64,000 bases of DNA from Trypanosoma brucei. Its lineage: Eukaryota. The position numbers and the translations under genes are program-made. Shown here in pieces: positions 33,458 to 43,697 of the stretch. Every line of letters begins with the position of its first letter. The first letter of the stretch is position 1. The notes under the pieces are model-generated. The model ran no database searches. It was not told the DNA's origin and saw only the letters and a program-made list of their open reading frames with translations. The DNA is taken from NCBI GenBank assembly GCA_000002445.1, contig AE017150.2, forward strand, positions 544,001 through 608,000. Direction: 5' to 3'.

Positions 33458-34250
33458 ACCTGTCACCTTCCTCCTACATAAAAGGAAGACTTGATTGCAA
33501 AAAAAAACAAAACAAAACAAAACAGGATCATCACTAGGATGGCGAGGTCAGTTCCCTCAAAAGAGTGCAGGACAGTCAAAAGTTGGTGGAGGTACTCCGT
33601 GTTCGGTAGTTCACTATTATTATTATTGTTACTGTTATTATCATTATTATTATTATTACCATTATGGGTCATTACTATATTATTATTTGGTCCGTTCGTG
33701 CATACGACTCTGCGTGAGTGACTGAGTGAATGAGCTTTGTGCTTTTGTGTGTGTATGTGGGTGGGTGGTGGTGGGTGGGTGAGTGCTTGGGAAAGATATC
33801 ATTTTCGCATTCCTGGTAGGTCAAAATACTGACTCACCTTATCTTACCTTACCTTGCAGGTGAGAGAAAAGACACAAAATAGGTTTCTTCATTTTCTTTC
33901 ACTTTGTTCGTACCCCGGCACCGCTCTTTCTCTTGCTCTCTTTCCCTGTCTCTTGCACATCTCTCTGTGTGTTTTCTTTCATTACCCGGTGTGTTCGTGG
34001 GTAAAATTAGTTTACACATAAGACGTTTCTAATTATTCGCGCACGAGCAGGAATATTTCTTTCCCTTGAGGGGCGTGAGGGAATAGTATTTTGCCACCCA
34101 TACATTCCAAATCTCGTTTTTTTTTTGTGCGTGTTTCTCATTACCATTGCCACTACCATTATCTCCATTTTTTGGGCACCATTTCTCTTTTTCTCTTTTT
34201 CTTTCCTCTTTATTACTTTTATTTCTCGCCTGTTGCTGAAGTGACGGTAA

Positions 34251-34454
34251 ATGTTGGAGTCTGACACGCAGTTTCCCTCCGCTACCGATATAAAAACTGT
34301 TGCGTCCCTTACGGAAGTGGATGGACAAGTGATAACCTTCGCACAGCTGCGTGCAAACCGCTTGAAGGCGCACAAATTGCTTGACAATGTGGAGGAACTG
34401 CTGCGGATTGCGGAGGAGATCAAATGGGCATTTATGTGGGTTTCCACTTCTTAA
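34251..34454 (+). CDS. possible small ORF (67 aa) in an otherwise empty 1.8 kb gap; speculative
   Basis: Non-repetitive, coding-like composition on the transcribed strand between HSP78 and the desaturase. No motif recognised. Confidence 0.2.
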   Translation: MLESDTQFPSATDIKTVASLTEVDGQVITFAQLRANRLKAHKLLDNVEELLRIAEEIKWAFMWVSTS

Positions 34455-35019
34455 AAGAAAATAACAACAACAGCAACAACATAAAAAATAAAATGAAAAA
34501 AAAAATAAAAGTGCCAACCGTTTCATTCGGGTTATGGTGCTGCTGTGACATTATGTCATATTTTCACTTTAGATACTCTTCAGCGGGTATCGACCTTCAC
34601 ATGCATACATGGGTGTAGTTACACAAAATTACACACAAACACACACACACAAAAAAAAAAAAATAAATAAATAATGAAGGCGCACGTAAACGGCCGAAGA
34701 GGACGAAAGCCACTCGGACAATTCTTTCGTGCCTCTGCTTCCACTTCCGTTTGTGCATTTCTCTTTTTTCTTTTAATGTTTGTGTGCTTGTGAAGGATGT
34801 GCATATGCAAACGTTCTGCCTCCATGACTTCACTACACAATTTCTCACAGTACTTACGCAAATACATGCATTAATACACACACACACATACATACATATA
34901 TACATATATATAAATATATATATATATATATTTATGTATTCTCTTCGTGAAAGGAAAAAATTAGCGATAAAAAGTTTCCACTTGCTCTTTTGGCGGGGTC
35001 ATTATTTTTATATTCTTTT

Positions 35020-35110
35020 TTATTTTATTGCTGCTCTTTTTTTTATTCTTTCTTTTTTTTTTTTTGATCCCCTCTTCCCCCTTTCCGTGTCTTTCTGTGC
35101 ACTTTTTCCT
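35020..35110 (+). promoter_or_regulatory. polypyrimidine tract / probable SL acceptor region upstream of the desaturase gene
   Basis: ttgctgctcttttttttattctttctttttttttttttgatcccctcttccccctttccgtgtctttctgtgcactttttccttctgg. Confidence 0.4.
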
Positions 35111-35280
35111 TCTGGAAAAATTCAAAAAGACTCAGAGGGGGAATAGAAGACGAAACAGCAACAACAAGGAGGCAGAAAGAAACAAAAAAAAACAGAAAGA
35201 AAGAAAAAGAGCCAGAGTAATAATAATTAATAAATCACTGAAGGAACGGAAAGGCTCGAAACGAAAAAGAGGAGGAATAT

Positions 35281-36513
35281 TTGGAGATGTTGCCTAAGCA
35301 ACAGATGGGAGGTTCTGTTTGCAACGCTTCCATAGAAACTGTCAACACGGAGGCCACAGATCCAAGTGAGGCTAAAAAGATTGTACTCAATGCAGGACGA
35401 AGTGAAAAGGTGAACGTTTATGTTCCACCTTCCACGCTCATGGTGCGGGATATTCAGGAGCAAATTCCTGCTGAATATTTCCAGCGTAGCATGTGGAGGA
35501 GCTTTAGCTACCTTAGCCGTGACATGTTTCAGCTTTTCCTCACATTCGTCATCATGTACAATTTTGTGCTTCCCATGCTGGACAGTTCCCTTCTGAATGC
35601 CGTTCCACCCGTGGCTTGGCTCTCGCGAGCTGCGGCATGGATGATATATTGGTTTATACAAGGGCTTAATGGTACGGCTCTATGGGTTCTTGCACATGAA
35701 TGTGGTCATCAGGCATTTTGCAATTCCCGTAGGGTAAACAACGCCGTGGGGATGATTCTTCACAGCGCTTTGCTTGTTCCGTATCACAGCTGGCGTCTTA
35801 CTCATGGCACTCACCATAAACACACCAATCATCTCACGAAGGACCTCGTTTTCGTACCTGTGCAGCGCTCAGCCGTGGGAGAGGCGGTGGAGGAGGCGCC
35901 CATTGTTATGTTGTGGAATATGGCACTAATGTTCCTCTTTGGTTGGCCCATGCATTTGCTTGTCAACGTGGGTGGTCAGAAGTTTGATCGCTTCACTTCC
36001 CATTTTGACCCCAACGCACCGTTCTTTCGTCGCGCAGACTATAATAATGTTATGGTGTCGAATATGGGAGTGCTGCTTACATTGTCTATACTTGGTGCAT
36101 GCAGTTGGAGTTTCGGTTTTGCCGTGGTGGTGCGCTGGTACCTCATTCCGTACCTTTGGGTAAATTTCTGGCTTGTGTACATTACGTACATGCAGCATTC
36201 GGATGTAAGGTTGCCGCACTATACGCATGATCATTGGACATATGTGCGAGGCGCTGTCGCTGCGGTAGACAGAGATTTTGGTCCGTTACTGAACAGCTGG
36301 TTACATCACATTAATGATTCACATGTGGTGCATCATCTCTTCAGTCAGATGCCACATTATAATGCCATTGAGGTAACGAGGAAACATATTCGAGATATTC
36401 TTGGGGATTTGTACGTGACGGATGCGAAGCCGTTGCTGAAGTCCCTGGTGCATACATGGCGTGAGTGCCGTTATGTCGTCCCTTCGGAGGGGATCTGCAT
36501 TTATCGCAGTTAA
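35281..36513 (+). CDS. membrane fatty acid desaturase, FAD2-type oleate (delta-12) desaturase
   Basis: Three histidine boxes: HECGHQAF, HSWRLTHGTHHKHTNH and HVVHHLF. Multiple hydrophobic helices and a length of 410 aa fit. Confidence 0.85.
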   Translation: MEMLPKQQMGGSVCNASIETVNTEATDPSEAKKIVLNAGRSEKVNVYVPPSTLMVRDIQEQIPAEYFQRSMWRSFSYLSRDMFQLFLTFVIMYNFVLPMLDSSLLNAVPPVAWLSRAAAWMIYWFIQGLNGTALWVLAHECGHQAFCNSRRVNNAVGMILHSALLVPYHSWRLTHGTHHKHTNHLTKDLVFVPVQRSAVGEAVEEAPIVMLWNMALMFLFGWPMHLLVNVGGQKFDRFTSHFDPNAPFFRRADYNNVMVSNMGVLLTLSILGACSWSFGFAVVVRWYLIPYLWVNFWLVYITYMQHSDVRLPHYTHDHWTYVRGAVAAVDRDFGPLLNSWLHHINDSHVVHHLFSQMPHYNAIEVTRKHIRDILGDLYVTDAKPLLKSLVHTWRECRYVVPSEGICIYRS

Positions 36514-37200
36514 TTATTTCTTCTCTCATCATTCCGTTCACGTGTGCGGACGGGATGGTGGGAAAAGTAATGGAAGGAGTGGGGAGGGTGAAGAAAAAAA
36601 TAAGTAAATAAATAAGAATTGCGCGTGTTTGTATTTGTGTTTCTGCCAAGGGTTAATAATAATAATAATAATGCATGGCTAATACATAAGGGGTAAATTA
36701 GAAGGAAAGGGTGATCGGGGGGTGGGTGGAAGAAATTGTGTTCTGTTATCGGTAAGAATTGGTCGTATGACCACATAGACGGAAATTTGAGAAGAATAAA
36801 AAGAAAAAGCAAAAAAAAAGAAGAAAAATTCAGGAGATTAATGTGGGTAGCTCACGAAGGTTATTCTCATTGAAACTGAAGAAACAAAAGAAAACCAAAG
36901 CCCAAACAAAAAACAAACAAACAAAAAAAAACGGAAACAACAAAAAGGAATAGCGAAGAGAGAATAGAGAAAGCGGGATAGTGGTATTAAAAAGAAGATT
37001 GGAAAAAAAGGCTAAAAAAAAAAGAAGATCAACTGAGGTAAGGAACGAGGGAGAGAAAGTTGATACAAGGAGAGGAGAAACTATTCCTTATAACTGTGAC
37101 CGTCAAAACTATATATTTTATTTATTTATTTTTTATATGTTCGTACAAAGAGCATGTGTTTTAAGTTGTATCCCCACTCCGGTATATTTGTGAAGATATA

Positions 37201-37241
37201 TATACAAATACAAATACAAATACAAATACAAATAAATATAT
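37201..37241. repeat. (ACAAAT)n microsatellite
   Basis: acaaatacaaatacaaatacaaatacaaat seen directly. Confidence 0.85.
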
Positions 37242-39900
37242 ATTATTCGTGACGGGCAGTGGAACCCCAATGAGGGAGGGGGATCGAACCACGCGCATTT
37301 GTGTGACGTTGACTCCGAAGGTTTTTTCCGTTTTTTTTTGCACATTTGCCCGTGTGTGCCCGTCTTTTTTTTTTTTTTTCGTCTTCAATTTTGTTTCTTG
37401 TTTTTGTGGATGTGAAATTTTGGGGGAGAGAAGGAAGAAGAGGAACCGGAAGAGGAAGAGAAAAGGGGGTGAGGAAACTAAGTGGTGTGTGTGTGTGTGT
37501 GTGATTATTGCGGTATCATTTAATTCCTTCTTTTGTGTTCTTTCTTTCTTTCTTTCTTTCTTTTTTTGTTTTTTTTTTCAATTTTCCCTCTCCCCTTTTT
37601 TTTTATTTTGCTTTATTTTTCATTCGGTGCATTACAGCAATGATAGCGGTATGGGGGAGGGGCGAGTAAAGGCATTACTTTTTATTATTATTTTTTTCCC
37701 CTTCCCCTTCCCCTTCCCGTTATTATTATTATTATTGTTATTATTATTATTACTTTCTTTTGGTGGGGTGGTGGTGTTGCTGTTTTTGCCGTACTGCGGG
37801 TGGAGCAAAGTCTGAAGTGATGTTTTCGTAGTTGTTTTGAATATTTTCGTTATTTGAATTGGCCACGTTGCTGCTTCATTTCATATTTCAGTTTAGCTCC
37901 ATAATTTCCGCTTTGCTCAGTTGTTTTTTGTTTTTTGTTCATTTTTTTTGCTTTTTTTAAAAAAAATTCTTCTCTTCTCATATTGTTTTTTTCTTTGTTT
38001 GTTGGGTGCATCAACACGTTCCAAGTATTTGTAGCGACTGTGTTGGCTAATTCCTTTTTTTTTTTTTACTTTTGTCCACTTAATTTATAACATGGCCGGA
38101 AAAGAAATACGGACAGGAAAGGGCGAAGAGAAGAAGAAAAAAAAAAAAGGAGAAAGGATAAGGATAAGTGTAAATAACATTGTGTCTCTCTCTCTCTCTC
38201 TTTTTTTTTTCTTTTTTGCTTTTGGGTTTGCCTGCTGTTTGGCATGAATCGTCTCCTCTTCTGATGGTGTTGGTGTTTTTGTTTTTTTTGTTTTAGAGTA
38301 ATTTTGCGCCTATATAAATAAAATAATATATATATATATATATATGTGTGTGTGTATATATTTATATATTCGTTCGGAAATGTCGTAACTTCTTATTTAT
38401 TTATTTATTCGCTTCTTCCTTCAGCTGTTGCCTCTTTATTGTCCGTTTTCAATCCCCGAAATTTCATTTCTGCAGTTGCCAATATTATCGTTTAATATTA
38501 CTAACATTACTAACATTATTATTATTATTTTTTTTTGTTAGTGTTAGTGTTAGTGTTATTAATATTAATATTATTAATGTCGCTGTTGTTGCAATCATAC
38601 ATTTCCCATTGCAGTGAACTCAAACCAGCAGAATGAAATCAATTTTTTTTAAAAAAAACAGAAAAGAAAGGGGAGACAACTGGAAAAGCGGCGATTAAAA
38701 AAAGAAAAAAAGAAAAAAAGAAGGAACTGAGGAAAAGGAGGCACGGAAGAAAATGTTTGACGCTTCAGGTGTGTTTTGACATAAAAAAAGACAACAAAAA
38801 ATAAAAACAAAATTAAAACTAAAAAAAAAAAGAAGAAGAGATAAGCTCGTGAGTAAAAAATAGAGAAACCAGGTAGATAAAAGGGAGGAAGAAGGTGATG
38901 AACAAAATCTTTTTTTTTTAAAAAAAAAAGAAAAAAAAACGTCAGCGATTGAGTGGGAGTGGGGAGCGATGATGGAAATAAAATAAAATCTATGAAACAA
39001 ATAAAAGAGAAAAAAGGCCCCCTCCCAAAGAAAATAAAAGAAAAAACAACGGAAAGAAAATGGTATAATCTCTATGTGTTGCTTTTCTTTTCTTTTTCTT
39101 TTTCTTTTTCTCCCTTCCCTTTGTTATGTTTTAACTTTTATAATTTTTAAAAGCATATTATTTTGAGTTGTGAATGAGGTTTGGCGCGTATCTTTTTTTG
39201 TTTTTGTTTTTGTTGATGGTCACAAAAGGGGAACCAATCCTTTTTAGTGTTATTGTTGTCATGATCTTGTTGGGATTTGTTGTTACAATGTTAAATGAAC
39301 CCATCACAGGTGTGTGTATGTATGGTTCAGTACGTATTAATTTACCATCACTTCGTTTCGTCGGCCTTCATGCATATGTATATGTATTTACATATTTATA
39401 TCTACATATTTATTTAAGTTGTAGTTGTGGATAAACTTGTTTTATTTTAATATTTTATCTTTTGTAAAAAAAAGAAAAAGAAAAAAAAACAAGAAAAACC
39501 TTCTGCTTTGAGCTGGTAGTCTACTTCATCCTTGTTTTTTGTTTTCTATTTCTTTATCTCTCTTTCATCCTCTTTTTTTTTTTCTTTCTTCCCCTTCCCC
39601 TCCCCATCCACACCTGCGCCTTCTTATGTTAAGGAGTATTGTGGGATTTTATAAATAGATTTAATGCATTGAGTCAACAGGTGACAACCATATTAAGTAC
39701 AATAGATGAGCGTACCAGACCTTGAGGGCGTGATTTATTTAAATACCTTAACATGGTAGTTTAGTTATTAATGTTCTTTTTATATTTTTATATTTTTTAT
39801 TCCCCACTTCCCAAATCTTTTTAAAAAGGTTTCCATCTTAGTTTTTATTTTAGCACTTGGGTAGTCGTACAACATAAATTACAGCAATATAGTACTAGTA

Positions 39901-39990
39901 GCAGCAGCAGCAGTAGCAGCAATGACAATAATAATAATAATAATAATAATAACAATAATAATAATAATAATAATAATAATAACTAGGTCC
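39901..39990. repeat. (GCA)n followed by (AATAAT)n microsatellite
   Basis: agcagcagcagcagtagcagc then aataataataat... for about 60 bp. Confidence 0.85.
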
Positions 39991-40924
39991 ACAAATGGTT
40001 ATAATATGTGTTTTGAAAGGAATGGAAAGCACTGCCGTGTTAAATCTGCCGGAGTAAACGAAACCTTCAAATGATACCAAAAATATGTTTGCATGTGAAA
40101 TGGGAGAGCTTGAGAGAAACATTTCTGTGCTGAAATTAATACAAAATAAAACGGCCGCAAAAAAAAAAAAAAGGAAAAGAAAAAGAAAAAGAAAAAGAAC
40201 GGGAATTTCATACGGATGATGTTTAGGGGAAAAAAGGAAAGCACGAAACAACTTATTTAGATGGGTGTGGAGTTCCACTTTATGTAAAATCTTGTCAGCA
40301 TTATACGTCATCTCTATTTATAAAATTCCTGCATGTAAACATATAAACATATGACTCTATATGAATATGAATAAAAGTAAATAAATATATTAGTATGTAT
40401 GTATGTTTGTGTGTGTGTCGCCACTTCTAATATTATTGTTAGTAATGTTGCTTTACTCTATTCTCATCTCATCTCTTTCTTTCTATTTTTGTTTTATGTG
40501 TTCACTCTATTCATTTCCGAGGGTGTTTTTCTACATCTGTATTTCGCATTGTATGTGTGTGAATTGATGCGGAACTGAGGTGGCACATTTACAGACACAC
40601 GCACACATACATATATACAAATAAATAAATATATATATATATATATATTTATACATATCTGTATATATTTTTTTATTATTGTTAAGTGCGTATATGTTGT
40701 GTTTTAGCACTGTAAAATTGCTCGGCGCATGTGGACACCGGTGCAAGACTCACAAAATTACACAACATATTAATTATACACCACGTTTCAGAGCTGCTAA
40801 CGCCGTTGTGGGTCTTTCGGTTGCCCTCTGCATTGGAACGTATGGCATCATGGCGGATTGGGTGTATCGCGGTTATGTGGATTTGTGGTATGGCGTGTAT
40901 CACATTCGTGATGATGATAATGAT

Positions 40925-41040
40925 GATGCGTGTGGATAAATAAATATAAATAAATATAAATATAAATATAAATATAAATATAAATATAAATATAAATATA
41001 AATATAAATATAAATATAAATATAAATATAAATATAAATA
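40925..41040. repeat. (AAATAT)n hexanucleotide microsatellite, about 19 units, flanked by (TA)n
   Basis: Seen directly: aaatataaatataaatat... followed by aaataaataaatatatatatatatat. Confidence 0.9.
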
Positions 41041-41575
41041 AATAAATAAATATATATATATATATATACTTGTGCCTAATGCCAACGGGGTCAAGTTTAT
41101 TTTAAATGTACCTCATGGCAGTTTTGTTGTGTTACTGAAGGCATATATTTATTTACATGCCATTAAGCTTCTGAAGCGCGTTTGTCATATTATACGCCAC
41201 TGGACGGTGCCCCACTTCGTGCAACATTATATGGTGTTCCTTCACTTTGTTATGATTAGACTCGTTGGCGTTCTTTTACCTTCTCTCGTTTTTTTTTCTC
41301 ACCCTATACTCCATTAAAGGTGGTGTTACTCCAATATAGAGGGAGGGGGGAAGTTGCCGTTTGTTTGTTTGTTGCTTTCTTCTTTCTCATTGTGTTTCCT
41401 TTTTCTTTTTTTTTGTCTGAAAAAAAAGAAGAAACCAATACCGCTTATTCGTTTTGTGCCCTCTTGTTATTTTTATTGTTTGCCATTATTATTATTATTA
41501 CTTTCTTTTGGTGGTGTTGTGTCTCAACGTTGGAAGCAAAACGAGCAAAGCGGAAAGGCTTTGCGCATTTCAAAA

Positions 41576-42865
41576 ATGTCCAGTCGGTGCTCCTCACGGG
41601 GAAGCAGTTGTCAAATTGTTGAGGACGTAACGGTTGTGCGCCGCCGGCGGGTTTCACTGAGTTCCACCGATTCTGAACCATTCGTTAAGCGTGTGAGAAC
41701 TGAAGCGTCTCCTACTGGAGCTTCAGTTTATGAAGCCGATGATGCCGACAGCATTTCATCTGGTGATGGGCGCTGCGGTGGGAATCGCGCGTGTCCACCA
41801 CCTTTTGTGGGATTAAACGACACGGCGGAGCCTCCGGAAGAGGCAGTTAATTTGTACGGTAAAAATGGGGAGCCGCTATATGAAATTCCGTTGGAATGCA
41901 TTTCGGGTGTTCATGTGGCTGTTGTAACGGCTCTTTTCCCGCACCGCCCAGGCAGTAGAGTTTCCACTTCCACTTCTACTTGTGGTGCTGCTGTCGCTGC
42001 CACTGCCAGCACTGGCGTTAAATTTCATAGTTGTCACGGTATTAGCAACACCACCGAAGGCAACATTTACCATAATAGTAGTGATAAGAACTACAGCAAT
42101 AATAATAATAATAATAATATTAATAGTAATAATAATAATAATAACCGCATTACTAACAAGGATATCGAAAGCAGCGTCACTACTGTTTCTAGTGGAAATA
42201 GTAACAACAGCTGGTGCATGGTGGTTGCCGATAGCGTGCCCGGTATTTTTGTGCTGGACTGTGGCACACGTGTTTGTCTTCCCGATGGCGCGGTTGTTGG
42301 AGTTGTTACTGCGGTTATGGGTCCCGTGAATGCGTGCGTCTACGCGATTTTATGCAACGGTGACGTCTTTTCCCGCCTGCATGCGAGCGGTCGACTGGAA
42401 GCAGGTACGGGACTTCATTATGATTTGGGGGCTCAGCACATTATTTCCAATCCAGCAGAACAATGTGACACCACCCGAGGGACGGATGCGAGTTATGTAA
42501 ACGATGAAGAGCTGCCGTTTAATGCAAGACCCGACTTTTCTGATGACGAGGAGGAGCGGCGGTGGAAGATGGAACGACGTGCCAAAAAGGCAGAAGGTCA
42601 CTTCCCACCATCAGTGAGCGATGATGATCTTAGCGAGGATGAACGGGTTGAGGTGGATTGGGTTAAGCTTGCTGAAGTTGAAGACTATTTGCAGGGGATC
42701 CGTGACGCACCTGCCGTACACAATAACAGTTTTTGTGCTGGGAATGCGGTCGGAAATGGTTTCTGCCCCGTTTCTGTTCGTGTCGGGGTGGAGGGAAAAC
42801 CACCAGAGGTGAAGCAAGTTTCCAACACCGTGCGCGTGGTGGTTCCTTCTTGGATTGCGAGGTGA
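41576..42865 (+). CDS. hypothetical protein with a poly-Asn tract; the track ORF starts at 41354 inside a pyrimidine tract, so the start is more likely the Met at 41576
   Basis: The N-terminal 74 aa of the track ORF are the polypyrimidine tract and poly-K translated. Downstream from MSSRCSS the sequence is complex, with an NNNNNNINSNNNNNN tract and an acidic C-terminal region (DFSDDEEERRWKMERRAKK). Confidence 0.4.
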   Translation: MSSRCSSRGSSCQIVEDVTVVRRRRVSLSSTDSEPFVKRVRTEASPTGASVYEADDADSISSGDGRCGGNRACPPPFVGLNDTAEPPEEAVNLYGKNGEPLYEIPLECISGVHVAVVTALFPHRPGSRVSTSTSTCGAAVAATASTGVKFHSCHGISNTTEGNIYHNSSDKNYSNNNNNNNINSNNNNNNRITNKDIESSVTTVSSGNSNNSWCMVVADSVPGIFVLDCGTRVCLPDGAVVGVVTAVMGPVNACVYAILCNGDVFSRLHASGRLEAGTGLHYDLGAQHIISNPAEQCDTTRGTDASYVNDEELPFNARPDFSDDEEERRWKMERRAKKAEGHFPPSVSDDDLSEDERVEVDWVKLAEVEDYLQGIRDAPAVHNNSFCAGNAVGNGFCPVSVRVGVEGKPPEVKQVSNTVRVVVPSWIAR

Positions 42866-43697
42866 GTTGTTTCCATATTCGTGTGTGCTGGGTAAAAGGT
42901 TATTTTTTATTTCCCCTCCTTACCAACGTGGTATAAATGGAATCTGGTGTGTGCGTATGTGTGTGTATGTGTGTGTTCATGGATTCATGATGTCGTGTGA
43001 TCTGTGGTATGCTGCGTTGAGGAAAGGACGTAACATGCTCTCGAATTATATGATGCGCTCCATGCAAAGAGCACAGAGTGCAACGTAGCTGTGGAAGCTC
43101 ACATGATGTCGGCTGTGTGTTGGTTTTGGGTTAAATTGTTGTTTCAACTTTTTGTTGTTGTGGCGAATCATTGGGGGAAATATGCCGGGAAATGACGTTA
43201 CAACTCCTTCAGTTGTAGGCAAGTTATGTGTAGTGCGTTATGCAGATACTGACGCCGTTTATGTCTGTGCAAAAAAAAAAAGAACTTTACCAGCGTGCAC
43301 AGCCTCTCGTTTCCATGATCTCCTTCACACCTGCGGCGCTGTGGTATTTCCACCTTTTTGTGTTGTCGTGTTTGTTTATCGTGCCTGCGTTTACGTGCCG
43401 CCGTCTAATGAATATGTTGGTGTTTCCTCACTCCAGAGGGCCGATGGGGCTCATTCCAGTACCAGTGTGATCTATCTGTAATTTTTTCATTTTTTTTTTG
43501 CATGCGGGACTCGGGGTGAAGATGTGATTGACAGCGTTGTCTTCCGTCTCTTTTGGGTTAGTTTTATGAGCGGTTCAACTTAGTTGCTTATGATGGCACC
43601 TTTTCTCTCAATTTTTTTCTCATTTTTTCAAACATACCTGAAAAAAAATAAATAAAATGAAATGAAAGATAGGATTATTTTTTTTTAAAGAAAAAGG

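Noticed and set aside
39620..39780. Possible C/D snoRNA in the complex island within the long ORF-free region
   Set aside because: I looked for C (RUGAUGA) and D (CUGA) boxes and found only an imperfect GATGAG and no convincing D box, so it is not reported as a feature. It is retained as a note in the 36.5-41.6 kb finding.
40925..41040. Regularly spaced short repeats that might be taken for a CRISPR-like array
   Set aside because: This is a pure hexanucleotide microsatellite with no spacers, in a eukaryotic trypanosomatid context. CRISPR is not applicable.
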